A stretch of DNA of 64,000 nucleotides from contig CAVRET010000002.1 in assembly GCA_963720265.1 (NCBI GenBank), positions 392,704 through 456,703 of the forward strand. Direction: 5' to 3'. This DNA is from an uncultured bacterium. GTDB taxonomy: Bacteria; Patescibacteriota; Saccharimonadia; UBA4664. The notes beneath the pieces are model-generated. The model saw only the letters and a list, made by a program, of their open reading frames with translations. It was not told where the DNA came from and did no database searches. This document shows, piece by piece, positions 8,759-18,614 of the stretch. The translations under genes and the position numbers were made by a program. Position 1 is the stretch's first letter. The number at the start of each line of letters is the position of its first letter.

Positions 8759-10075
8759 CTATTCGGGCTTGGGCGATTGGCCCGTTGGTGCAGCTTTCTT
8801 GGTTTTCTTCCGGCCTTTTGGCCGATTACTTATCTCGGCGAACTCTTCGGCCGAATACTTCACCCATAGAGCGTTATTTCCAGCGTCAAGTCTAAAGGAA
8901 GTCCGGCTTTTGTCTTGGTGTGGCTCTTTGTAAATACTCCGCATAGCATCTAGCACGAAGTCCAGTATTTGCTCCTGGGCGTCGGGACTTGGGAAACGGC
9001 GGGCCAAGAGGTCTGTATATGTCTCCAAGGACAGGGCCATCGCGGCCTTAAATGCGTATCGCTCAGATAGGTTGCGTTCTTTCAGGTACTGACTCCACGC
9101 AAGGCCAAATAAAACCAATAAGGGCGTGAGGTAGACCAGGCGTGTTAGGGCTATCTGTTGCAGCGTCTGTGTTCGATGGGTGAAGGCAAGTATTACTGCG
9201 ATACCGACGATCAGGATTGCAATACCCACCACGCCATTGAGCCAGCTGCCAGACTGTCGCTCGACTGCTTTGCGTCGTTCGTCAAAGGCATTTGCGAGTC
9301 CGGTGTCGGTTGCGAGTTTGAGAACTTTTTCGATCTGTTCCCGTAGGTTCTCGCTCTCACTTTTTGTGTTGTTTATAGCTTCGGAGTCAGTCTGAGCCTG
9401 ATCAAGAAGCTTCTTTATTGCCACTACATCACCCTGGGACTGCCCTTGGAGTGCTCGAATGTCGTCGGTAAGTGATTTAGACTCAGCACGCAAAGCCGTT
9501 ACCTGATCAATAGCGGCCTGGAATCCTGTCGAGGGCTCGTCAATCTGTGCTTTGAGCTCGATGAAAGCTTGATAGCCCGCCCTCATTTCGCCAAGGTTGG
9601 CCTTAACTCCAGACAAGTCGGTTTCGATTTGTTCGACGAGTGTCGTCGAACGACTTGCTTCACCTGTAATCTGGCGGATTAGCTCCGCGGCCTTATTTAA
9701 CACCGCCTGTAATCCAGCACCCGGTTCATCTATCTGCATTTGGAGCTGTTGGAAAGCCGCAAATGCGCTCGCCATCGTGCCCGCGTGTGTCTGGACCTGA
9801 GACAAGGTGGTTTGGATTTCGGTTAATGCAGCGGTGGCTTGGGAACTCTGAGCGCGGATTTGGGCAATCTCTTGCTCCACTCCTTCCAACTTAGCTTCAG
9901 CGCCGATTGTTGGATCTTCAACACGCTTCAGTAGCCCCTCGGAACGAGACAGGTAGCCGTCAAGCTTGGTAGCGATTTCTTCGGCACGATCTAAATCGCT
10001 TTGTACCTGCTCAACTTTGGCGGCAAGCTGTTTACCGACTACGTCTAGAAGCGCCTTTAACTCTTTCTGATTCAT
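8759..10075 (-). CDS. Long coiled-coil protein with C-terminal TM helices
   Basis: Heptad-rich ~270-aa N-region, two TM helices, tail ERYAFKAAMALSLETY. Confidence 0.8.
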   Translation of the reverse strand: MNQKELKALLDVVGKQLAAKVEQVQSDLDRAEEIATKLDGYLSRSEGLLKRVEDPTIGAEAKLEGVEQEIAQIRAQSSQATAALTEIQTTLSQVQTHAGTMASAFAAFQQLQMQIDEPGAGLQAVLNKAAELIRQITGEASRSTTLVEQIETDLSGVKANLGEMRAGYQAFIELKAQIDEPSTGFQAAIDQVTALRAESKSLTDDIRALQGQSQGDVVAIKKLLDQAQTDSEAINNTKSESENLREQIEKVLKLATDTGLANAFDERRKAVERQSGSWLNGVVGIAILIVGIAVILAFTHRTQTLQQIALTRLVYLTPLLVLFGLAWSQYLKERNLSERYAFKAAMALSLETYTDLLARRFPSPDAQEQILDFVLDAMRSIYKEPHQDKSRTSFRLDAGNNALWVKYSAEEFAEISNRPKGRKKTKKAAPTGQSPKPE

Positions 10076-10455
10076 TGGGCACCAGGATAATAGCTTCCGC
10101 CATAGTAGGCTCTAAATAGGCAATCATCAAGCTTAACCGATGTAACTTGATACTGCACGGGCTATGACGGCCGTGGAATACGGAGCTCGAAAATCTCACC
10201 TCTCCAAACCACCAGATCCCCGCCGCTTAACTGGCGCGCTTAGAACCTGCAGGGTGCACATTTTACGGACATGACCTAAGCCCTTTCTCGTTTTGCAATT
10301 ATCGACGCATCAAACTGCCTGAGAGTGGTCTAAAAAGTACCCCGATTTTACCATAAGGATTTTAATCCTCAACGCTCGCTGTTGATCCCAGATTACAGAA
10401 CCGCAGCTGTACCGTAATGTTACGCTATAACTGGGATTCAATAATTAAACTCGTC

Positions 10456-10980
10456 ATGTGGAAAAGACTAAACTCCAAAACACTGCTTAACCACCCACGA
10501 CTCGTAGTTGTAGAAGATGAAGTCGAATTACCAAACGGTCAGATTGTCGATTATGTAAGATTCGACGGAAATCGTAGGAGCGTAACGGTTATTTGCGTCG
10601 AGCGGGACAAAGTCCTCATTCAGGACGAATACTCATACCCACCTAATGAAGTACTCAAAGAGTTTCCCGGCGGTGGAATTGAAGAAAGCGAAACTCCCAA
10701 AGAAGCTGCCAAGCGCGAGCTTATCGAAGAATGTGGTCTGCTCGCCCACAACCTCACTGGGCTCGGCTGGTATTACATCAATAACCGTCGCAGTGCCGAG
10801 AAAATGTATGTATATCTTGCAGACAACGTCACTAAACACAGAAAAACCGGCGGCGATCCTGAGGAGAACGCCCGACAATCTTGGGTAACTACCAACGAGT
10901 TAAGTAGCATGATTGCCGGTGGCCACATCACCAACTACTCAGTGCTCGCAGCGTGGGCAATATACAAGAGCAAGCAATGA
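10456..10980 (+). CDS. NUDIX hydrolase (ADP-ribose pyrophosphatase-like)
   Basis: EFPGGGIEESETPKEAAKRELIEECG Nudix box. Confidence 0.9.
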   Translation: MWKRLNSKTLLNHPRLVVVEDEVELPNGQIVDYVRFDGNRRSVTVICVERDKVLIQDEYSYPPNEVLKEFPGGGIEESETPKEAAKRELIEECGLLAHNLTGLGWYYINNRRSAEKMYVYLADNVTKHRKTGGDPEENARQSWVTTNELSSMIAGGHITNYSVLAAWAIYKSKQ

Positions 10981-11786
10981 TAACCGAGATATCTCTTATT
11001 TCCCTAAACATTGCTGGCTTCCCATTCCCACATCACACTCATGCCAGAGTAGCGGCGTTTTGTAGGTCAATCAAATCTTCCGATGCAATAGTAATAAATC
11101 TTCAAGAAGTACATACGTATGCCTTACTTTGGCAGCTCCGTAGGCGCCTGCCGCAATTCCCACACATCAGCTACAATCTCGGAATGCTAGGTCCACGAGC
11201 CGGGCTCGTCACATTCTCGAGACTTCCGATTCAAAGCCAGGACTTCTTTGCGCTCGCGCCAGCCACTAGCGTGCTACCGCACAGTAAACAACCGCCAAGA
11301 GCCATGATGGAGAGCAAGCATAAAGGGGTGCTCATAACACGACTAGGCTCAATGATTATTATGAACGCCCACCTCAACCCCAATATGGATGGCGATTGGT
11401 CGCGGGATAATCGCTTCTATCCGGTACATAACGTCCAGCTCGAAGCAGTCAACAAACTGGTTAATATGAAGTTCCCTGATTCAGTAATAATTCTGAGTGG
11501 GGACTTTAACTTGGCGAAAGACTGCGACTTATTTCCTCAGTTTGTGAATGACGGTAACTGGAATGACACCTTTTCCAGCGATCTGACGCCAACCTTCCAC
11601 TCTGAGTTTCTTAAACCCGGTAGAACCCCACACTGCATAGACTATGTATTATTCCGTGACCCAAAGAACAAATTAAAAGTTGAACAAACCGCATTCATGG
11701 CTGCAGATAAGATCAAGCTCAGAAACGGTGTCGAGTCGTATATCTCAGATCACCTCGGGTTATACGCCAAGCTGACAGGACTCTAG
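10977..11786 (+). CDS. Endonuclease/exonuclease/phosphatase (EEP) family protein
   Basis: SLNI, LQEV, NAHL, GDFN, IDYV, SDH motifs; ATGA overlap with the NUDIX gene. Confidence 0.9.
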   Translation: MITEISLISLNIAGFPFPHHTHARVAAFCRSIKSSDAIVINLQEVHTYALLWQLRRRLPQFPHISYNLGMLGPRAGLVTFSRLPIQSQDFFALAPATSVLPHSKQPPRAMMESKHKGVLITRLGSMIIMNAHLNPNMDGDWSRDNRFYPVHNVQLEAVNKLVNMKFPDSVIILSGDFNLAKDCDLFPQFVNDGNWNDTFSSDLTPTFHSEFLKPGRTPHCIDYVLFRDPKNKLKVEQTAFMAADKIKLRNGVESYISDHLGLYAKLTGL

Positions 11787-11795
11787 TGGGATTCG

Positions 11796-11840
11796 GGGAT
11801 CACCCCGGAGGCATTCGCACGTAGCCTCCAGGGTGATCCC
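11796..11840. terminator. Long imperfect hairpin between convergent genes
   Basis: GGGATCACCC..GGAGGC / GCCTCC..GGGTGATCCC. Confidence 0.65.
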
Positions 11841-11857
11841 GGCATGAGTTAAAGCCC

Positions 11858-12601
11858 CTACCGAGACCTGAATAGCTTCAACTCAAGGAACTTCGCGATC
11901 TGGACGCCCAGGTACTCGACCCAGCCGGGCACATGCTCGCGCGTCTTCGGAAGGATCCACTTGAAGAAAATATACACTGGGTACTTCCGCCTTCGGGCAC
12001 GGATGAACCGGTGGAACTCACGGTACTCTGGTACGTCGTGGAACCCTGCCCCAGACGCCATGATGAGCTTGGCCAGCCGATGTGCAACCGGCCAGTCCTT
12101 GTCTCGCATTACGCCGCCGTTTGTCACGAACGTGTGATATAGCGTATTAAGCTCAAGCGTCACGATCGTGTGCCCGAAAAAGCTCCGCTCTACTGGCCGG
12201 AAGAGGCTTGTTGGTACGGGCATACGAAGATTCCGATGAGTCAGGTACGAGAGCTTCTCATCGGGCCGGAAGTCGATGTGCACGGCTGACGGATGGATCT
12301 CGAGATTAATCGAGAAACCCTCCGCTGTAGCCAGCGCCCTCCGGTAAGGTTCGACACGGGGAAGATCAGCGTGGGGTATTAGCAGATCCACGTCAGGCAC
12401 CTGTTGATGGACGAGCCTTGCTCCCGGTCGGCCGAATCGAGCGAGTGCCGGGTCGTTAAGATACGAACTCGTGGCAAGGCTGCCGATAATTCGGTACTCG
12501 ATGCCGTGCTCTCGGAACCATGCTTGTATCTCATCAAGCTTCGCCAGGAAGAGCACTCGCAGCTCAGCTGGTGAAGCGTCCTCCAACGGTCGTTTTGGCA
12601 T
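11858..12601 (-). CDS. Nucleotidyltransferase-fold hypothetical protein
   Basis: YRIIGSLA ... PDVDLLI (GS..DxD) motif. Confidence 0.6.
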   Translation of the reverse strand: MPKRPLEDASPAELRVLFLAKLDEIQAWFREHGIEYRIIGSLATSSYLNDPALARFGRPGARLVHQQVPDVDLLIPHADLPRVEPYRRALATAEGFSINLEIHPSAVHIDFRPDEKLSYLTHRNLRMPVPTSLFRPVERSFFGHTIVTLELNTLYHTFVTNGGVMRDKDWPVAHRLAKLIMASGAGFHDVPEYREFHRFIRARRRKYPVYIFFKWILPKTREHVPGWVEYLGVQIAKFLELKLFRSR

Positions 12602-12627
12602 AATTATGTCTCTCCGCTCGGATGGGG

Positions 12628-13758
12628 TCAGCTTTGCCTGATCGACCGGCGCATGTCTTGCAGTAGGAATGTTTCCAACTGAGAGACGAGTGACGGGTGG
12701 TTTGTAGCGATGCCGACCTCTGACGTTCTACCGGCTAGGAAGCCGTTGAAGATGTTAGACCCGTAAAGGCCCCAGTCATCTGCCAGAAGTCCCTTGGCAT
12801 GTGTCATGCCGCCGTTTTCGCGGAACCGGAACACATGAACTCCGGCCGCTCCCATACGGTCAAAGTCGGCCTCGGTTGGCGCTAGGACTCGTCGGTTGTT
12901 ATGCAAAGGGGCTATCACCGACACATCAGCTCGCTGCTCGCGTGCCGACTCGCTAAGGACTCCTTGCATGCCAGAGCCCCACAAGTACGCTGACTCGATG
13001 ATTACCCGTCGCTGGGCCCGCCCAATAAAGAACTGGACGAGCGGCAAGATGAGTGATCGCCGGTATGAATCTGTGACTACGAGCCCGTCGCTATACGGCA
13101 CGATCCTACCTGGGTTGTACTCTGCCCACGTACGGTCGATGTCGTCTTTCAGTACGAGCACCACGTCACCGGTCATCTTGACCATGAAATCGTTCCAGGA
13201 GGCGTTATGCTCGGAGAGATTGATTCCGCCCGCATAGGCTACGGCTAGCTCTGGTGCGTCGCCGTCAATCACGACGATCTTCTTGTGGTTTCTCCTCAGA
13301 GCCCGATACTTCATGCGGCCAAGAGGATTAACCATGCGCACTTCAATACCCTCTCGGCGCATAAAGTCGATCAAGTGGAGGGTTGCCCTCCACTCCTCCA
13401 GGGTTTCCCGATAACGCCACGGCTGGAGGCGAGCGAGCAGTAGATACTCGTCGTTGTGGCTAAGGTTGATATAATCGTCGATGCCGAAACGGACTGGAAT
13501 ACCCGATCCTCTCGCCTCCATAAGGGCATGAGCCACCGGGAGTCCGACAGCGTCGGCCTCGAAAGTATGAAACTGGAGGTCGATTCGCGAGGAAGCTTGG
13601 CTAATCCCCGGAATCAGGTCTGCCAGGAATGTCTCGGCACTCGGCAGAAGCTGGTAGGTGCAAAGATTAGCCGGCGTTGCGGCATTGTGTGCGGCCAGAA
13701 GCGAAGCATACTCACCAACCGAAACGACGGTAACCGCACGTGCTCTTCGCTGAGTCAT
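12628..13758 (-). CDS. Phospholipase D family protein (cardiolipin synthase-like, two HKD motifs)
   Basis: NHKKIVVID..GGINL and THAKGLLAD..GSN. Confidence 0.88.
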   Translation of the reverse strand: MTQRRARAVTVVSVGEYASLLAAHNAATPANLCTYQLLPSAETFLADLIPGISQASSRIDLQFHTFEADAVGLPVAHALMEARGSGIPVRFGIDDYINLSHNDEYLLLARLQPWRYRETLEEWRATLHLIDFMRREGIEVRMVNPLGRMKYRALRRNHKKIVVIDGDAPELAVAYAGGINLSEHNASWNDFMVKMTGDVVLVLKDDIDRTWAEYNPGRIVPYSDGLVVTDSYRRSLILPLVQFFIGRAQRRVIIESAYLWGSGMQGVLSESAREQRADVSVIAPLHNNRRVLAPTEADFDRMGAAGVHVFRFRENGGMTHAKGLLADDWGLYGSNIFNGFLAGRTSEVGIATNHPSLVSQLETFLLQDMRRSIRQS

Positions 13759-13904
13759 TATCAAGCTCCAAAAGCTTACTAAAAATAGCTAGACTGCTGC
13801 CTAGCTACCATCGTGTAAGTTCCAGATGCTCTTTTAGCATAAACCGCATAATTGGGCAAACGAAAAGCAATTATACCCGCCGATTAATTTAATGAACGCT
13901 AACA

Positions 13905-14261
13905 CTATGCACGCAAACTGGTTGCTCGAAGAGCAATATAGCGACCGCGATTGTCTCGAAGCTGAGTGGCAATATTTGGCCCGCGCGACCGCAGCTTTAC
14001 ACCGCTAACAGTTAACAATTCGGCGAGCCGCTCACGATTTATCCCGCTTAAACCGGCCAGCTCCCGAAGCGTTGTACCGGACTGGTAGGCGAGGACAAGT
14101 CTATTTAGCTCGGCCGCGCTGAGCTGCCTAGTTCGGTTCCGGAGCCGTATATGACGCCTTCTAACTACTGGCCACGATTCCCAGCCTTGTAGGTCCTGGT
14201 TAAGTTTGGCGCAAACTTCATATGCCTCGGCTTTCTGATAGCTCTCACGCAGAACCACCAA
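13905..14261 (-). CDS. HTH protein beginning at att junction C
   Basis: AYQSGTTLRELAGLSGINRERL HTH; TTG start overlaps the CCACCA core; paralog of 18276-18614. Confidence 0.75.
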   Translation of the reverse strand: MVVLRESYQKAEAYEVCAKLNQDLQGWESWPVVRRRHIRLRNRTRQLSAAELNRLVLAYQSGTTLRELAGLSGINRERLAELLTVSGVKLRSRGPNIATQLRDNRGRYIALRATSLRA

Positions 14262-14276
14262 AGTACTTATGCTTAT
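14224..14276 (+). repeat. att junction C
   Basis: GCCTCGGCTTTCTGATAGCTCTCACGCAGAA-CCACCA-AAGTACTTATGCTTAT. Confidence 0.85.
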
Positions 14277-14657
14277 TTCCTGCTGTTATAATGTCTGGCA
14301 TGGCAAAGACATCATCGATGAAGAAGATACTGGGTGAGGTGGAGTTTTTGCTTGAGCGATATTCAAAGGAACGCCGAGCCACCACCCAGCCGTTTCTTCT
14401 CGAAGTCGTTCAACAAAAGTTTAAGGATTATCGGTATAATCCAGCAGACCTGCTAGTGCGTGAAACCCTAATCGAGCACGTGGGCTCTCTCCCGATAGTG
14501 GCAACGGCTCTCTTCCCGTATATCGATACCAGGATTGGACTTGGGTAAGGCGCTGTTATGCTTGCGTTCCGATATCGGCGAGCATGCCACCGGAGACGAG
14601 ATTACCTTTACCAAGAAGTCAGAGTCAGCAGCAGCTGAGCAACACGAAGCTCTCAAA
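14262..14657 (+). pseudogene. Near-identical truncated copy of the HD gene 5' region (about 3092-3492)
   Basis: Almost base-identical; five single-base deletions clustered at ~14527-14570; truncated at junction D. Confidence 0.85.
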
Positions 14658-14664
14658 TAGCTAG

Positions 14665-14717
14665 GCCTCGGCGTTCTGATAGCTCTCACGCAGAACCACC
14701 AAAGTAGTTATGCTTAT
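14665..14717 (+). repeat. att junction D
   Basis: GCCTCGGCGTTCTGATAGCTCTCACGCAGAA-CCACCA-AAGTAGTTATGCTTAT. Confidence 0.85.
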
Positions 14718-14762
14718 ATCAGAATGACAGATTACGACCGACCTAAGGCTTATACTTAAAGC

Positions 14763-15374
14763 ATGGGCAAAGTAGGCCGAAATGATCCATGCCCGTGCGG
14801 CAGTGGAAAGAAGTTCAAGAAGTGTCATTATGGCGACTATGACAGTACTTTCTCACTCGAAGATACAAAACTGCCAGTCGTGACCTGCAGCGTAAATGAC
14901 GACTTTCAAGACTCTGGCTTAGCCGTCGTTTTTGTAGCTAGGCAGCATAATAACGGTCATAATTTGAACATTGTCTGCTATCTTTGCGACATATTTTGTC
15001 TCGGAGTTAAGAACGTTAGCAAGTACCCATCCTCGTCTATTCGCACCGTCGAAACCCTGCAAGAGCGCTATGATCTCGATTTTATGGACATCGATTATCA
15101 GGACGCACGGGACTTGATTTTAGGTAGCGTTCGCTACGCTGGCAATCTTGGGTTTCAACCGCATCGGGACTGGGAGCGAGCCGAGCACTTCATTGAGTCT
15201 GATCAGCCCTTCGATTCTAACCGCTTCTCTTACGGATCTGATGGACGGCCACTCTATGTCGCCGGACCTGATGACGATTATGATTACATCATGTCGACTT
15301 TGAGAGAATGCGTCGGAGAAGGTAGCTTTGAGTACGTAATCGAACCCGGTATGGGCTTTGATACAAAGATTTAA
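14763..15374 (+). CDS. SEC-C motif domain protein
   Basis: [20 protein letters not shown] at the N-terminus; DIFCLGVKN and PLYVAGPDD. Confidence 0.9.
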   Translation: MGKVGRNDPCPCGSGKKFKKCHYGDYDSTFSLEDTKLPVVTCSVNDDFQDSGLAVVFVARQHNNGHNLNIVCYLCDIFCLGVKNVSKYPSSSIRTVETLQERYDLDFMDIDYQDARDLILGSVRYAGNLGFQPHRDWERAEHFIESDQPFDSNRFSYGSDGRPLYVAGPDDDYDYIMSTLRECVGEGSFEYVIEPGMGFDTKI

Positions 15375-17572
15375 AATAAGCTCATTTGATCTGTGCTAAT
15401 CCGCCCCTTCTTGCTAGTGGCTGATTGTCGAGCGATGCCAAGACTACGATATGTCCGCAATCGCTTAAAATACATTGCTTTCAACATTGGTACCCTTAAG
15501 TCGCTGTAATCGTATACAAAAGTTTGCTGGGGTGATGCCGCCGCACTTCGCTGCAATCGACCAACGTACTGAACCACCTTGCCCTTATACGTGAAGGGGA
15601 AAACTAAAAACAAATGGGTCAGTTCCGGCCAGTCAAACCCTTCACCGATGAGCTTCCCAGTAGATATCAGGAGTTTAAAACGCTCCTGAGTAATACGCCT
15701 TCGCAGGCCTGCTCGCTCTTTTAGGGTGTTCTTCCCGGTCACAATTGCGGCATGCGTGCCTTTAGACCGCTGCCTGACCAGATCCAGCAGTATCTGACAG
15801 TGCTCCACTCGCTCGGTTAATACAAGGCACTTTGCGCCAGCCTCCAGCGCAGCTGCAATGTCATCAGCAATCATCTCATTGCGCTCGTTGTCAGCGATTA
15901 GTAGAGATGCTACCTCGTGAAATTCAGAGTTCCTTCGGCCAGCCAGTTCAAACTCAGTGGTCTTCACGACAAGAGACATAGTGGTAATTGGCTCCTGAGA
16001 AAGCTTCGAATCGCCTATCGGTTGGGTCTTGCTTGATACGCGTAAAATTGACCCAATGTAAAACTCCAGCATCCGGTCTAACTGATCTCGCCTCATGGCG
16101 GTTGCAGTTAGCCCCAGTACGTATTTCGCTTCGAGCAACTTGAGCACATTCGTAAATGTTCTGGCGGGTACGTGGTGGCATTCATCGATTATCACGAAAC
16201 CAAATGTGCTGCGGATATCCTCTACGCCGCGCCTATTGAGCGTCTGATAAGAGGCTAGCGTAACTTTACGACCAAGCTGCCATTTGCCTTCCCCAATGAT
16301 GCCAAGATCATCTTCTTTAAGGTCAAAGCACTCGCGAATACGTGTGGCCCATTGTTCAAGGAGTTCTCGAGTATGAACAATGATCAAAGTCTTCTGTCGT
16401 AGCTTACTCATACAGTAAAGGCCCACAATCGTCTTGCCGAACCCGGGGCCAGCTTCCAGGATCGATCTAGGTTTAGCAAGCAGTTCATTCGCAGCTCGTC
16501 GTTGCTCCGGCCGAAGCTTTATGTTCGATTTGACCCGCGTGACAGGTACAATCGCCTGTTGATCGTTGAAGGTTAGCTTAACCTTAGTCTTTTCGGCAAA
16601 CCCACTGATTTCTGTTAAAAATCCAGCTGGAATCAAGATGCCATCCTGTCCTTTTTCTATTGTGGTTATGTAGCGGGGTATGGCATGGGTTGAATAACCG
16701 TTACGCTGGCTCTCCAGGTACTTAGGGTTAGGAAAATTGAGCCGCGATTTTAAGAACTTATAGAGCTCTGCTGGCAACGAAGTCGCCGGTATATATATCT
16801 GGTTACTTAGTACAAGTTCAGCGTGAGATCCGTCAGCAGGGCTATATGCCAGATCTTCGTACTTGTCACATACGTCAGGATCAGCTTGCGGCTTCTCGGC
16901 AGTCGTGTCCGGTGGAGCCAATATGCGGTCTATAGTTAGTTCATCAACTTTAGTCATTGCTTTCAGGATGCTCCACTGGTCCGGATAAGCCTCCCCACGT
17001 TCATCTATAAAAGCTGCCCTACCGGTTGTGATCAGCTCCCCTTGCAGGGGTAGAGCGATCAAATTCCCGAATCCCCGACCAGTATGAAAATCCTGGCTAG
17101 GGAACAATCTATCGTAACTTTGCCGTCGCGTTATGCCCGCCCGCTCAAGTAGCAGTTGCCCCAACTGCCTTGCCTTGGCGCCAGGAATGGTTGTTTGAAA
17201 GAAGATCCATACATGGGCACCATCACCAGATCGTGACCGCTCAACGTAAGCCGGTATGGAATACCTTGCCGCGCTTTTACAAAACCGGTCGGCTTCGTGT
17301 AGCCAGTCGCCGTGGTCAAAGTCCGCAGCCATGAAATACGTAGAGTTTTCCTTAAGAAGGGGATATATGCCGATAGTAACACTGCCGTTCAGGTGAGCCG
17401 CGATAGTGGCATCTGTGAGACCTGCGGGCTGCTTGTTAATAGTGAACACCGGAGCGTATCCGATTCTATTAGCCGCTGGGTTTTGCCAAAGTTTGGCATA
17501 CACGTCAGTGCGCCCACGAAACAGTGAACGGTATAAGCTAATTTGCTCTGGGGTAATAACGCCAGTGTTCAA
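15371..17572 (-). CDS. AEP-primase-like (TOTE-type) domain fused to SF2 DEAD/DEAH helicase
   Basis: [38 protein letters not shown]; [20 protein letters not shown]. Confidence 0.88.
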   Translation of the reverse strand: MNTGVITPEQISLYRSLFRGRTDVYAKLWQNPAANRIGYAPVFTINKQPAGLTDATIAAHLNGSVTIGIYPLLKENSTYFMAADFDHGDWLHEADRFCKSAARYSIPAYVERSRSGDGAHVWIFFQTTIPGAKARQLGQLLLERAGITRRQSYDRLFPSQDFHTGRGFGNLIALPLQGELITTGRAAFIDERGEAYPDQWSILKAMTKVDELTIDRILAPPDTTAEKPQADPDVCDKYEDLAYSPADGSHAELVLSNQIYIPATSLPAELYKFLKSRLNFPNPKYLESQRNGYSTHAIPRYITTIEKGQDGILIPAGFLTEISGFAEKTKVKLTFNDQQAIVPVTRVKSNIKLRPEQRRAANELLAKPRSILEAGPGFGKTIVGLYCMSKLRQKTLIIVHTRELLEQWATRIRECFDLKEDDLGIIGEGKWQLGRKVTLASYQTLNRRGVEDIRSTFGFVIIDECHHVPARTFTNVLKLLEAKYVLGLTATAMRRDQLDRMLEFYIGSILRVSSKTQPIGDSKLSQEPITTMSLVVKTTEFELAGRRNSEFHEVASLLIADNERNEMIADDIAAALEAGAKCLVLTERVEHCQILLDLVRQRSKGTHAAIVTGKNTLKERAGLRRRITQERFKLLISTGKLIGEGFDWPELTHLFLVFPFTYKGKVVQYVGRLQRSAAASPQQTFVYDYSDLRVPMLKAMYFKRLRTYRSLGIARQSATSKKGRISTDQMSLF

Positions 17573-17675
17573 TAAGATATCCTAAGCCAAAATACAGATA
17601 CATATTATACCCAAAAGTCTATCCAACATATCTGGTAAATGGTATAATTAGACTAATTAAACGGTAGCAGCGGGT

Positions 17676-17870
17676 ATGGCAGCACGAGATTGGCGAAAGC
17701 TTTACCAACAATATCGAGGACAGTGGGTCGCTCTCAAAGAAGATGAGATCACCGTAATTGCTAGTGGCTCAACGCTAAAAGGAGTACTCGCTGAGGCGGC
17801 AAAGCTTAGCTATCCCGATCCGCCTCGCGTAACCAAAATGCCATCTGACCTGCGGGTCTTCGTAGGTTAA
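17676..17870 (+). CDS. DUF5678-like small protein
   Basis: YRGQWVALK..VIASG pattern; upstream of a retropepsin-like gene. Confidence 0.7.
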   Translation: MAARDWRKLYQQYRGQWVALKEDEITVIASGSTLKGVLAEAAKLSYPDPPRVTKMPSDLRVFVG

Positions 17871-17874
17871 CGGC

Positions 17875-18261
17875 TTGAAGTTTAAATACGTCCAGTATTC
17901 GGGTACGGTCGTTCGTCCTGTTATTCCAATACGAGTGAGCAATGGCAAGCAGACAATAGCCTATGATGTGCTTGTCGATTCCGGTGCGGACATTAATGAC
18001 TTCGATGCAGAACTAGCTGAAGTGCTCGGTATTGATTTGAAAACTGGCGTACCGGCCGAGGTCATGGGACCAACTGGCTATCCTGCGGAAGTGTATATTC
18101 ACCCCGTTAAGCTAACTGTCGGCGAGCATACATTTACAGCTCAAGTTGCATTTATGCCGACATCAAATCCATTTGGGCTTGCCGGGCAACGTGGTTTCTT
18201 CGACCAATTTGAGATCAAGTTTAATTTACGTGAGCAAGAAGTAGAGCTTACAAAACTTTAA
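17875..18261 (+). CDS. Retropepsin-like aspartic protease
   Basis: RPVIPI, LVDSGAD, LAGQRGFF motifs. Confidence 0.8.
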   Translation: MKFKYVQYSGTVVRPVIPIRVSNGKQTIAYDVLVDSGADINDFDAELAEVLGIDLKTGVPAEVMGPTGYPAEVYIHPVKLTVGEHTFTAQVAFMPTSNPFGLAGQRGFFDQFEIKFNLREQEVELTKL

Positions 18262-18275
18262 GGCCGTAGCGTTAA

Positions 18276-18614
18276 TTAGGGCGCCCCCAAATATCTGCCT
18301 TTCTCATCCCGAGGTTGGATGGAGCTATTTGGTCCGCGAGGCCGTAATTCGACTCTAGAGGCCCGAATCAGCAATGCTAACCGTTCCCGATTGATACCAA
18401 ATTCTTGAGTCAATTCTCGTAATGTACGCCCAGCCCGGTAGGCGTCAGTTGCTTTGGCGAGTGTCTCTTCCGCCAGATGCACCGAACGACGTCTCACGCG
18501 TTTAGCTCCACAAGTTCGTGCGCACCAGTTACTCCGGTCTTCCAGATCTTGGCTCAACTTTGTATATTGAGCATAGGCTTCTGCGTTCTGATAGCTCTCA
18601 CGCAGGACCACCAA
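18276..18614 (-). CDS. HTH protein beginning at att junction E
   Basis: About half identical, ungapped, to 13905-14261; same TTG register at the core. Confidence 0.75.
   Translation of the reverse strand: MVVLRESYQNAEAYAQYTKLSQDLEDRSNWCARTCGAKRVRRRSVHLAEETLAKATDAYRAGRTLRELTQEFGINRERLALLIRASRVELRPRGPNSSIQPRDEKGRYLGAP

Larger units (their letters stand above)
3091..18613. mobile_element. Composite genomic island: tandem array of four att-delimited modules at the tRNA(CAU) 3' end
   Basis: CCACCA-core junctions at 3085-3090, 3897-3902, 14255-14260, 14696-14701, 18608-18613; large serine recombinase; replication-relaxation protein; much of it visibly more AT-rich than the backbone. Confidence 0.8.

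Noticed and set aside
10209-10214. Extra CCACCA inside M2 (and one at 14379) as further junctions
   Set aside because: Flanks lack both arm motifs; 14379 is a synonymous change in the HD copy; the hexamer is common by chance
11796-11853. ORFan hairpins as integron attC sites
   Set aside because: No consistent RYYYAAC/GTTRRRY boxes and no IntI tyrosine recombinase
3091-14660. HD duplication as a DGR template/variable repeat pair
   Set aside because: Differences are mostly deletions and not adenine-specific substitutions; no reverse transcriptase in the window
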